Part shown: positions 35,180 through 47,075 of the stretch, piece after piece
Layout: every line of letters starts with the position of its first letter
Position numbering within the stretch: position 1 is the stretch's first letter
Assembly: GCF_001194135.2 (NCBI RefSeq)
Contig: NC_068981.1
Span: 191,881,582-191,945,581, forward strand
Length of the DNA: 64,000 nucleotides
DNA from: Octopus bimaculoides
Lineage: Eukaryota
Direction: 5' to 3'
Notes under the pieces: generated by a model
Database searches by the model: none
Seen by the model: the letters and a program-made list of their open reading frames with translations, nothing else
Told to the model about the DNA's origin: nothing
Program-made: the position numbers and the translations under genes

Positions 35180-38100
35180 AAAGAGAAATAAACACACACA
35201 CACACACACACACACATACGATTCTTGATGCAGCTTAGCAGACACTTTGCTGAAACATCATGGCCATGTTAAACGATATGAATATATGAATAAATCTAAT
35301 TAATTACTTAGACAAACTTGCATAATCAGTTTCACAAATATCTGCATTACTGAAAGTTTCACATGGAAAAAGCATGTTTGGTCATTTGGATACAATGATA
35401 CTGAGTGGTGAGACAACCACAGCTTCTTAACAAGGCTCATTCTTTTTATCCAGTTTGGGTCAAGTGGCTGAACTAATAATTTGACAATGTTAGGTATTAT
35501 AACAATTGCTCAACATCTACTGAATGGGGGGAAACTGATAGGGAACAATTTCTGTAGCTTTTGTTAGAAATTTCAGTAAAATTTCAGCCATTAACAATTG
35601 ATGGCTGAAATTGACTAACAGAAAACTCCAGGATTAAAGTCACCTGTTTTATGCTACAGATGAGTATGGAGGAACCAGGTAATATCCTTGATTTCAAAGC
35701 TTCTAGATAAAAATTTTTATGAAGAGGGTTTGACACCAGAGAAATAATCTTTCCATTAAAACCTGGAACATTCTCAATAAGGCCTTCTCTTACTCTCCGG
35801 AGTTTTCTTTCTATAAGACATTGAACAGTCCAATGAATCTCATATAAAGGGATAAGAGCTTCCATACTTCTGCCATCAGCAGAGCTCACAATTGATTTTT
35901 AAGCTATTGGCTGTTAATATTGTTTTGTAAATTTAACTGAAATAATTTCACTAGAAATTCTAGCAAAAGCAAGAAAGACCACTATCTAATGTGCCAAGTT
36001 GCACCTCAAGCAACAACTGCCAGGCAATCTAGCAATCGTTGGATTATCATTTCCACCTTGTGACCTGAAGTGTTTAACAAATGCAAGCTTTGCTCATCAT
36101 CCAATGACAACCAGTCTTATTTAGAAGTTATGGCTGTCTCACTATTTAGTATTATTGTATTCTGAATGGTGAGACATGAACTTTTACATCTACTAAACAT
36201 TTTATCATAGCTAATCTCACTCAGATTAATAGAAACATTTTAACCTCCACAACATGTAATGATTGCTCTTTTTCTTTTGTTTCAACATCTACTTGTGCAC
36301 ACACACACATATATCTGTATAACTCAGTCTATCTTTAACTAATTTCTCATTAACATTCCAAGCTAAATTTTCCCCTCTATAATTGCATAAGATTTGGTTT
36401 CAAATTAAAAAAATTAAATCCAAACATATTCTTCTATTTGGTGCCAAGAAATACAGACAATCTTGAGTGGGTGAATGGATAAATACATTTAGCTGATGTA
36501 ATGGCTATAAATAAACCATTTATCAAACTATCCAAAATATCAACAAAGGAAAACATTTAAGCAGCTTTTTTAGAAGGAAGTCAAGTAGTAATATAGGAAA
36601 AGTTAGCTTTTATAAAACTGCTTCATGTATTTAATATATCAATACTCTAATACTCTAACCAAACACTTAACTATTTAACAATCAAATATGTTTACTATAT
36701 TTATTATGACTCATAACATGGAAAACTGTTTATTGTCATCAACCTGTGAAACCAAAAGCATACTTCTTTATTCCATTGTACAAAAATTATTCTTCGTCCC
36801 ACACCAAAAAATAATGATAGTGTTATTGCTTTTAAAATTTTGTTCTTAACTATATTATATAATCTAAATTACGACTCAGAATTCCAATATTTTTTGAAAA
36901 TTCTGAATATAAAGAAAAAAATTCTTTTTCCAAATAAATAATCAAAGCGAGTTTAGCTTCCATATTCTCGTTTACTCAAAAGTCGACTTTACAATAATGA
37001 CTGCATTTGCTTTTATCTTTGTGAAAACAGGAAAACATTTTTACAGTGACATAATTCTGGTCGCTGAAGGCCATTTCAACCTACTAGAGCTTCTTATTTC
37101 AAAGACAATGTATACAGCTCATAGAAAAACAACTTATTGACTAGACATATTTACTGGAATAGTTCAATGAGTATTAGTCTGGTTGTAATCTGAAAACTTT
37201 TAACTGATAATTTGACATCAAGAGAAAAAAAATGCTTCAAGAACAAAACTGAGATTGCATTGTAGCAGAGAACTTATTAAGAAATGAGAATTAATTACAA
37301 ATAAAGATAATCAGAAACTCTTTTTGTCAGACCAGACATGGGTTGGATAAGTCTGATTTACAACACATTTTTATAAATCTTGATATTTTGGCTAGCACCT
37401 ATCCTGTCTACTCCTGTTTTCCCAATTGAACTTTCACAACTGGCATGTATCATCAACTCTCAGGCCTATATTAGGACATATACCTATTCCCAGTTATTGC
37501 AATTCACAACTTAAATATTCAACCAACCAATTTACACTTATCCACCACCTTCAATGCTGTAATTTCACCCACAATATTTCCCTATTGCACACATTAACAC
37601 ATTTTAAAACCTACTTTGAAATTCCATCCTACCCATTCCCACCCTCTCTTCTATGATGTGAGCCCCTACAATAAAAGACTTGTTCTGTTCTGGTCCCTTC
37701 TTTCTCACTTTAACCCCTAATCCCATAGCATAAAGCCACTCTCCTCTCTACTATAACCCCATTCTGTCTTGTAGGCTGTAACTTGCAGAGAAGTGCCTTT
37801 CTATCTTCTGCCAGAATCTTAAGAAAGATTGAGATTTGAGGTGACTTGTTGTCACTAAAACTCAAAGTAATATCCCTGCTGACAAAACAAATGATAGCTT
37901 TACAATAAAAATAGCAATTCTTTTTAACATAGGCATAAGACATACAATTTTGACAGGAGGGGGAAGTGGATTACATTGACCACAGTATTTGACTGGTACT
38001 TATTTTATTGACCCTGAAAGGATGAAAAACAAAGTTGATGTAAAGAGCTAGAAAAAAATGTTGTTATGCATTTTATCCAACTCGTTGCCTTAATAATAAC

Positions 38101-38610
38101 AAATATTATTATTATGATTATTGTCGTGATTATCATTATCATCTCCTAATATAATAATGAGCATAGTGTTTATATATATATATTTGTCCAAAATCACATT
38201 TAGTAGTATAAGTGAAGGGAGAGGAGAGAAAATAGTAATTCAGTGAAGGAGAAGTAGTGAGAATAATAGCCCTGACTGAGAGGGAGTGAGAGAAAGTAAT
38301 AGCAATGAGAGAGAGGAAGTGGCAAAGAGCATGTCGTGTATCTTCTGTTTTTCTCCGTCACAACATATGAATAAGAAAGGCAGGGTGAGAGATGAATAAC
38401 AAAGGAAGGGGTGAAAAAGTAAAAATCAGCATTTCAACTGTGTGAGTTTGTGTGTGTGTAATGGAAACGAGATGGTGAACATTCAACACTGAAAAGAAAA
38501 GTCAAACAGCATTTCAACCCTGTGTGAGTATATGTGTGTGCATGTACAAGGGAAGTGTGTGAATGTTATTATAATAAAAGAATAAATAATTATTAAAAAA
38601 TGTTTCTCAC

Positions 38611-38769
38611 TTCTTCTAACTGTTCAGAATGTTCTCTAAATTTCACTGACAACTCATCCACTTTGTCAGGACTTCCAGCTAATCCATGGATCTTTAATCC
38701 CTTTAGTAGATCATGGTCTTCATTAACCTTGAATAATTCCGATGCTTGGTCCATTGTGGTGTCTTGTAG
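38611..38769 (-). CDS. CTNNAL1: Alpha-catulin exon (159 nt, phase 0-0): LQDTTMDQASELFKVNEDHDLLKGLKIHGLAGSPDKVDELSVKFREHSEQLEE
   Basis: Acceptor tttgctcatctcag|CTA; donor GAA|gtgaga; continues the frame; family-like DH..LK.LK..G and F.EH.EQL.E. Confidence 0.93.
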
Positions 38770-39499
38770 CTGAGATGAGCAAATAAACAAAATATCAAAA
38801 TAAACATTTCAAGAACAGATTCATATTTAAGAACTTTTTTTATCATCAATTTACCAAAATAACTAAACCAACAAGAAGCATTAAATTGTGGTCTAAAACA
38901 TTTGAGTGGTCTATTTTCTCCAAATTTTGATTCTATTTCTTAACATTTTAGATATGATATAGACAGCTCATAAACATAATAACATATTGATAAACTGTCT
39001 ATATTAATAGACTACGCTGAAATATTTGAAACTGAATGGCTGCTGCTTCAAAAATATCTTCTATTCTACAATCTACTCCAGTTGGTTCAATGATTCTCTG
39101 CTTTGATGAAATAAAAGCATTTATTTCAGTATCAGTCTCAGGTATAAATATGAGATTAACATGATTATTGCAGTTATTATAGATATAAACAGCATGTACT
39201 GACTGCTCGATTTGCTAATTTAGGTATGACTGCCATTACCGAGAAGTCAGCTCAAACATTGTCCAATATTCTTCATGCCAAACCATTTTTCTTGTAAATT
39301 GTCACAACCCACACACACACTGTTCATTATTTACTTCCATACTTTACCATGTTTCCCACAGATATCTTATATTATCAACCTTTTGTTACTACCAAAAGAA
39401 ATAAAAGTTTTGACTTTAATGAATTTCCATCACATCTACCCCAGTACTAATTATATTCTTAAAAGAACCAAATCTATTTACAACTTCCTAAATTTCTTG

Positions 39500-39850
39500 A
39501 GCATTTCATGATCTTTATTGCATACTTGTCTTTTGCTACCAAATATTTCTGTGTAGCTAAACTCATGGTTCTTGGTCTGTCTATTAAAGATTCCCTTTCC
39601 TTTGTTGAGAAACCATTATCTGCAATGATTAAACAACAGTGACTTCCTAACTGCTTCTTTCCAACATATTGAGCAAAACCACATTCTTAACAGGTTTGGT
39701 CTTTCTATTCTAGCACTTTAGCGTTTACCATATTTTTAAGCTCTTTGACTCGTCCATTCTATGCTTTGAATTTTTCAAAAGCCTGTCATCAGATTCTGCC
39801 ACAAGAACTAGCTCTGTAACAAGAAAAACTAGTCTTGACTTACAAACATG
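39500..39850 (-). mobile_element. Decayed RTE LINE fragment (end of RT and PHD remnant)
   Basis: ELVLVAES..RLL...SK.LK.-like translation with stops and frameshifts, followed by traces of the Cys-rich segment. Confidence 0.5.
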
Positions 39851-39997
39851 ATAGATAACACAGTGCCTTGGTGCACAACAACCTCTAAGCTAAATTCTAC
39901 CTAGAACTTATAGTCAATTCAGACTGCTTACACAATCATGATTTCAAAGTTCACCAAAACTATAGAACATGGGTTTCTAACAAAAGCTCCATGTGGC

Positions 39998-40085
39998 AAA
40001 TTTCAATTTAACCTAATAATTTCTTTTGAAATTTCAATTTAACCTAATAATTTCTTTTGAAATTTCAATTTAACCTAATAATTTC
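39998..40085. repeat. 31-bp perfect tandem repeat x2.8 (AAATTTCAATTTAACCTAATAATTTCTTTTG)
   Basis: Units at 39998, 40029 and partial 40060. Confidence 0.95.
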
Positions 40086-40139
40086 ACTAGAAACAATACA
40101 TTTGATCTTTTATCTTGATACAAATCAAAACTGCAGTCT

Positions 40140-40248
40140 TATACAAGGTGGGCCAAGAGTCACAAAGCATAAAAATATAGCTCGTGCAACAACTAAAGCC
40201 ACCAGATTACAATATACAGACTTCTTGACTTTTGGCTCACCCATTATA
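40140..40248. mobile_element. Tc1/mariner-type MITE (~105 bp, TA ends)
   Basis: Left TATACAAGGTGGGCCAAGAGTCACAAAG vs reverse complement of right TATAATGGGTGAGCCAAAAGTCAAGAAG (21/28). Confidence 0.6.
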
Positions 40249-41084
40249 ACCTAACCTGCTCAAACTTTGATCTCGTTTTCTTAATTATTTGTATCAGCTT
40301 GAAGCCTCATCATATTCTCTCTGCTACATTACAAATGTATTACAGATGAAATCTGATTCTTTCAGCATCTTAGAAACTATCATCCAGATATTTCTTGTAG
40401 CATACACTGCCATCATGACTGTAGTTGTCAAATCTCTTTAGCAGACTTTTATAGGATTTTTTTTTTTTTTTTTTTTTGAGAAAGAAGGAGCTATCCTGAG
40501 TATACTGTATCTCATAGTAATCCTATCCTTACTTTTCTAGTTCCCCATCATCAACAGCAACTGTGTGTGTGTGTGTGTGCGTGTGTCATTTCAAATACAC
40601 TTCTTCCCTAATTATATTCTTATTTATACAAGCAGAAGTTTTGCAAATTCAAATATTTTATACCCCTCAACTTCCTGAGACAAAACATCAATAAAAACCC
40701 TTATCACTATGTCTCTCCCAGCCATATAAACCAATTATTTAGCTTCTTACCCAGCGTTCACATTTTCTATTTTGCTCCCTGCTTCTTCTCATTCCTGTTC
40801 CTTAGCATTACAAATTGAGAAGAAGAAACTAAAAGACAATAAGACAATCTAATGGTTTCCTATTTTAGATGTTGTTATGATCATGGCAAGATATTAAGAT
40901 TCTTCTTAAACACTGTAACTCAATAAAATTGAAGATGCCATTGTCAAAGTAAATCACTAAATTTATAACCGAGCAGCACTGATGTTAAGTATCACAGTTA
41001 AGAGAGCAACTCTTTCACATTACTATCAAGCAGCTTGAGATAGCTAGAGATAATCCATTAGAACATCTAATATCAAACAGCTGT

Positions 41085-41248
41085 AGGCACAGGCATGGCT
41101 GTATGGTTAAGAAGCTCACTTCCCAATCATGTGGTCTTGGGTTCAGTCTCATAGCATGGCATCATTGGCAAGTGTCTTCAACCTTAGCTCCAGACTGACC
41201 AAAGCCCTGTGAGGAGATCTGATAGACAGGAACTGAAAAGAAGCCTCC

Positions 41249-41288
<40 letters not shown>

Positions 41289-41535
41289 CTGCACATATGT
41301 GCATGCACCCTTATCTAGGCATCACATGATTGTTGTAAATGAGCATCCACATCATATAAGCAATGCTGTTCATTTGCAGTCTTCCACGAAAAACATGCCT
41401 GGCCATGAGGACATATTACCTTGCTTAGAAATAGGCATCAGGGAGGCCAGGGCATCTAGTCATAGAGAAATCTGCCTCAACAAATTTCATCTGGCTTGTG
41501 CAAGCAAGAAGAAATGGACTGATGATGATGATATG
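41085..41535 (+). mobile_element. SINE family A, tail type 2 (RTE-like 3' end)
   Basis: Same head and core as type 1, then (TG)n, GTTGTAAATGAGC..ATATTACCTTGCTTAGAAA..AATCTGCCTCA..GCAAGCAAGAAGAAATGGACTGATGATGAT. Confidence 0.8.
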
Positions 41536-42224
41536 TAGAAAGTCTTAGAAACGCTGACATTAGGACAACAGTTGTAATGTTGGGTGAATGAAAATATAAC
41601 TGCCAGATGTTGATATGATGGAAAATGTCTAAGTTATGAAGTACAGAGTTAGAAATACCAAAAATAGCAAATGTATTTGAAATATTAAGTTTGAAGCATT
41701 AAACAGTAGTTCTTTACATAGGTTTACTATGTACGGAATCTTAACAGTGTAATAAAATGAAATATTGGGTATATTTAGTAATCCATTCACCAATAAGAAC
41801 TGAAACCTTTTGATTTAAATATCTCTCAAGTTTATTTTATCAAAGGTTTCCATTCCTTGTTTTACCAAATTTCTAATCCCCACACAAACATCTCCCAGTA
41901 GTTATTCTATTTCTAATTTCATACACTTACTTTTCCAATATGCTATACTAACCAAATCTTTCTCATAAAATATCTTAGGTTATTAAATCAGAATAAAGGT
42001 TCCACAGAGAAAATATCAGGACTAAAAACTGAACATTAATTTTTTTCCTTTGTTGAGTAAAGAGATTTCTTGTAGCTTGACCAAATCAATGTAGGAACAA
42101 AGTCTTAAATTTTGCTCCACATTAAACACAATTTGTAGAAAGAATTTTTCCTGGTATTCTTATGTTTAGAACCAACGTATTTAAGAATCATTTGGTAGTT
42201 TACTATCAGAAAAAAAGACACAGG

Positions 42225-42404
42225 TGTAACATCAACAAAAAGTAATTTGTAGTTTGCATCCCAAATACATGGTTTTAGGTTCAGTCTCATTACAAGGCAC
42301 CTTGGACAAATGTCTTCTGTATCCCAAGGTCAACTTCAGCCTTGTGAGTGAATGTCGTAGATGAAAACTGCAAACCAAAATAAGCCTAGATGTGTGTGTG
42401 TGTA

Positions 42405-42461
<57 letters not shown>

Positions 42462-42715
42462 AAAAGAGAGAGAGTCTGTGTTTGTGTCTTCTTGTCTTGA
42501 CATCAAATGAGAGATGTAAATGAGTGTCACTGTCATACAATGTCATTTGTTTCTAATATTCTACAATCACATGTTTAGCTATGGGGAAATATTACCACCT
42601 TTGGAACTGCTGAGGATTGGTGACAGGAAAAGCACCCAACTCTACAGAATCTGCCTCAGACTCCATCCAGCCCATGCAAGCAAAGAAAAGTGGATGTTAA
42701 AATGGTGATGATGAA
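42225..42715 (+). mobile_element. SINE family A, tail type 2
   Basis: Collinear with 41085-41535; internal (GA)n. Confidence 0.75.
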
Positions 42716-43613
42716 TTTGTTTAGAGAGAATTTACATTATTTCTAAGACAGAAATAATAACTATTATTCTGTCTGACAGGTTTCAAGTTTTAATTATCAG
42801 ATATAGAAAACAATTGTCAGAGATTAGAATAAGAGAAGACTTCCTGTATAGTCTCTTTCTCTACTTCTAAGCCATAACTTATGTCTTGTGCAAGTGAATA
42901 TTTAATCTTTCTCCTCAACACAATGAAGACCCACTATCAGTTATTGTGTAAACATTATGTCAATCATTGTAAAATACTATTGGCATGTCACACAAAGCAA
43001 CAACTTACTTTCATGTTCCAAACAAAAACACTTGTATCATCCAATCAGCAATTATTTTTGAAAAATGAAGCCAAACTAAACAATATTTCTCTAATTTATT
43101 TTGTCTTCAAGTGCAAACTCTTTTATAAACTGCAATACTTCTTTCAACAACAGTTATTGTTCAGCTAATTTACATTGAGATTCAGCTTATATAAGAGGAG
43201 TTATAAGTATAAATATAATTAAATTCTTTACAGTGAAAATGAATATATTTTTTTGTTTAATGTTTTCTACAAGTAGCAATAGTAGCAGCAGCAGCAATCC
43301 TTTCTACTGTCGGCAAGCCTGAAACTTGCAATGAGGGGAATAGTAGAAGTGAAACACCGGAGCTGAGTGGTAATTATTTCAACGATCCTGAAAGGATGAA
43401 AGGCAGAGTCGACCTCGGCAATATTTGGACTGTAAAACTAGAAGAAATACTACTAAGCATTATGTCCTTAATGATAATAATGAGCTTTATGGTCACTTTG
43501 TGTTTAGACTTGGAAATGGTCAGTTTGTGTTAAAATCAAACGAGTTATGTAAATTTCCTCAGGTAATTATTCAGATTTTAGTTAACAAACAAAAATTTTG
43601 TAAATGATCTCAC

Positions 43614-43700
43614 CTGTTTATGAAGAACCTTTGATGCTTCAATTGTTTTAAGAATTGCAGTTTCTAATTCTTGACTTGATGACGCATTTTCTTTCTGATC
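43614..43700 (-). CDS. CTNNAL1: Alpha-catulin exon (87 nt, phase 0-0): DQKENASSSQELETAILKTIEASKVLHKQ
   Basis: Acceptor ttttttttctgttttccag|GAT; donor CAG|gtgaga; matches the ELE.(S/A)ILK segment. Not in the ORF track. Confidence 0.92.
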
Positions 43701-43795
43701 CTGGAAAACAGAAAAAAAAAAAATTTAAAAATCTGTCCTAAATGGAATAATGTAATCAAAAAATATAGGCGTAGCCTTTAATTATTTCAATTCAT

Positions 43796-44014
43796 TTAAC
43801 TGTTTTGATACTAACCAGTTTGAGATCACTCTGGATCTAGGATACAAATTTGCCATTTTAATGTCACAAATTAAAACATTTCATCAAAATTTCATTCTAT
43901 GTTCCAAGACGCCAGCTTAAAAAAATAAATTTATTTCACTAATTTCATGATTTTCAAAATTAATTGAAACTTAGGAAGAGTGTTTCAACAGAACTATGGT
44001 AATAAAAGGGTTAG
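43796..44014. mobile_element. TTAA-flanked MITE, family 2
   Basis: TTAA-CTGTTTTGATACT ... GGTAATAAAAGGG-TTAG. Confidence 0.65.
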
Positions 44015-44054
44015 TATTTCATGGTACTTAAATTAATTCAATAGTTCTTGTTGT

Positions 44055-44330
44055 TCTTTGGCTCCAAACAAGTCTTACCTAAGTAGACCCTATGATCAAA
44101 AGCATTCCAGCAATGACCATTATTGTCTATTTCTTAAATACTGTATCTGTGACTACATTGTTGAATATTTCCTTCCTTTTCAGGTCAGTTGTTTTAGACA
44201 TCCATCACAATTCTATTCACACGTATATTGTTTTATAAAAGTATTAAATCAGCCTGACTTTTTGATAAGCAGGGTGTGGTTTGAGGGAGATTCGGTTGCT
44301 ATTTCTGGCAGACTGGCTTCAAAAGTTACT
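44055..44330 (+). repeat. Dispersed repeat family C; other copies ~3200-3380, 5890-6050, 23110-23300, 23400-23600, 24200-24370, 53060-53300, 61720-61920
   Basis: Shared GA(T/C)CTATGA(T/C)CAAAGGCATTCCAG and G(A/T)GATTTGG.TGCTATTTCTAGCAG motifs in both orientations. Confidence 0.6.
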
Positions 44331-45869
44331 ATTGATGTTAATACTTTAAATGTCTTACAAATTTTATAAATAAAATTTTCAAATAATATTGAATTGTTGT
44401 TGAATAGACAACATTTTTAACTCCTAAAATCTGTGACATATGCATCCATACACATGACAGTTTTTAGCAAATTGACCATTGCTACTACTGCTGCTGCTGT
44501 CATCTTCACTGAGAAGTTGACCATTGCCACTTCTGTATCAAAGAGAGGCTGACCAGTACTACTATTGTGTTAATAGCAAGCTTATGTCTACTTGAGCTCT
44601 AGTTACCCTTTGGCCCAGTTCTCATGGTCCTTATAATTTTGTTAGGGCTGAATTGATTCTTTCTATTTCAATTGATTCTCATGTGTAACTAAGAAGGAAA
44701 GGTTCTACTTGAAATTAGACACAGAATCATAAACCTCCAACAGCTGCATTCTTTCTCAGGTTTGTAGTGTTGACAAGAAATGTTGGATGAAAATAATTAT
44801 TGATATATGTTAAACAGACATTATTTGCTTAAGTCTTAATATTGTTGATTCTACTGATTATCTAATTATGGTCTTTTTCACTGGTGGTGGTCTAGACTGA
44901 ATACATTTGCTTTTCATATATCATTTGTGTTTTTTCTACGTTTATTTGAGATATTTTGTTTTTTACTGTATAATATCAAAGTGTTTTGCTGTTCTGTGTC
45001 TTTAGTTAACCAAGTTTAGTTTTTACTGTTTAAGGCAGTGAATTGGTAAAGTCAGTAGAGTGTTTTATAAACTGCCTCATGGTATTTATTCCAACACTGT
45101 GCACTGCACTGAGTTCAAATCACACCACGAACAACTTTGCTTTTTCATCTTGTCACGGTCAATACTCTAAAAGGATGAAAGTACCATTCCAGGACGGTGG
45201 ATTCAAGGAATTGTTAGAGTGTTGGACATGATCCCTTCCAGGATGTGTTCTGGCCCTGTACATTCTGAGTTTAAATTCTCTCTTGTCACTGAAAAATGGT
45301 GACACTTATGTAAAGAGCAGCAACCAACAGATCATCATCATTTAGCATTTGTTTTTCATGGTGACATGGGTTTGGATGGTCCAGCACAATCTAGCAAGCT
45401 GCAGGGGTGCGCCTAGCTCTAGTGTCAGCTTTGGCATAAATTTTTACTTCTGAATGTCCTTCCTAATGCCCATCACTTTACAGAGAATACTGAGATTACC
45501 AAATAACTTGCAAGGCAGAAAAGTATAGGGTAGAGGAGAGCCATCAAAATGTTATCAAGCAATTTGAAAAACCAATAGAAACATAGCTTTATTGGTTCAA
45601 TCTGAGGATTATCTACCACCACCTGCTACCATCATGTAGTTAGAGATATGCCTTTTTATGTTGGTCTTGTGGGTGTACATCTATTAGCTAATTCAAAGTA
45701 TAAACTGATATTTTCATTATTAATGAAGTGACAAAAGAGAGACATTCCCCATTTTGCTGCTGATATTTTGCTGCTTTATGAGGTAATTAAAAATGAGCTT
45801 GGGTAAGTATTTTATTTTTTGAGATCAAATTCACTAATACCATTTGAAATAACAACTCCTGGTTTTGGT

Positions 45870-46240
45870 ACAAGGCCAACAACTTTGAAGTGAAGGACTT
45901 AGTCAAAACCATCAACTCCAGTACTGAACTGGTGCTTTATATTATTGACTCCAAAAGGATAAGAGGCAAAGTTGACCTCAGCAAGTTTTGAGCTAAAACA
46001 GAGCTAGAAGGAATATCGGTCCCAATTTTTGACAAAAAGCTAACAATTTTGGGGAAGGGGTTAAGATGATTACATTGGTCCCAGTCCTCAACTGGTACTT
46101 TTTTTTTATAGACCCTGAAAGGATGAAAGGCACAGTTGACCTCAGCAGAACTTGAATTCAGAATGTAAAAATGGATGAAATACTTCTAAGCATTTTGCCT
46201 GCTGTGCTAACGATTCTGCCAGCTAACGATTCTGTAAGGC
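45870..46240 (-). mobile_element. Two tandem partial SINE family B copies; others at ~4345-4555(-), 26050-26190(-), 37945-38090(-), 43305-43460(-), 45025-45280(+), 55530-55630(-)
   Basis: ACTGGTACTT..GACCCTGAAAGGATGAAAGGCACAGTTGACCTC..GAATTCAGAATGTAAAAATGGATGAAATAC..GCTAACGATTCTGCCAGC. Confidence 0.75.
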
Positions 46241-46779
46241 TATTATTATTATTATTCAGGTCGCTGCCTGAAGAATAACATCCGTCAAATGTAAATAATG
46301 TACATAATTCCTCATCTCTTAAATATAGAACAATACATCTGATGTTTCTAACACCCTTCTGGTAATTCACACCTGTTGATAGATGAGAGTTCAATTTCTG
46401 ACAGCAGGAGATGCTGTGAAAGGCACTCCCCAGACACACTGTAGCCACCGCATGTGCAGGGGTGTGTGTGTGTGTGTGTGTATTTGTATAAATTTACTTT
46501 ATTTCACCTTTACGAGAAAGATAAATAGTATATATTTATACTAATTTACTTACTCTATATTAATATCTTCATTTGATAATTGAAAATGTCACAAGAGAGA
46601 CATTTAAACACACACACACATTTAACTATTTCTCTTGTGAATTCTCATTCCTTCAGGTCTGATTCATCTAATCTATTCCATTCTGTAACACCTCACAAAA
46701 CATTTCTCATCAAGTGTTTTCAATCTGTATCTATTTATCTGCTTAAAATGATTTCATTATCTTCCAGTTACAGCTGTGT

Positions 46780-47075
46780 ATTCAAGAAGACTGCTTCATA
46801 ACCATGTGGTTTTAGGTTCAGTCTCATTGTGCAGCATCTTGGGTATTTATTATAGTCTTGGGCCAACCTATGCCTTCAGAGTAAATTTGGTAGGCGGAAA
46901 CTGTGTGGAAACCATGCATGCATGTGTATACATATCTGTGTTTTCCCCATACCACTTGACAACCATAGAGTAAGTACTAGATTTAAAAAGAAAAAGTACT
47001 GAGATTGATTTGTTTCACTAAACCCTTTGAGGTGCTACAGCATGGCCATAGTTCTATAACTGAAAAAATAAACCT
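46780..47075 (+). mobile_element. SINE family A, tail type 1 (internally deleted)
   Basis: Head GGTTCAGTCTC, core and GTTCTATAACTGAAA tail. Confidence 0.65.
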
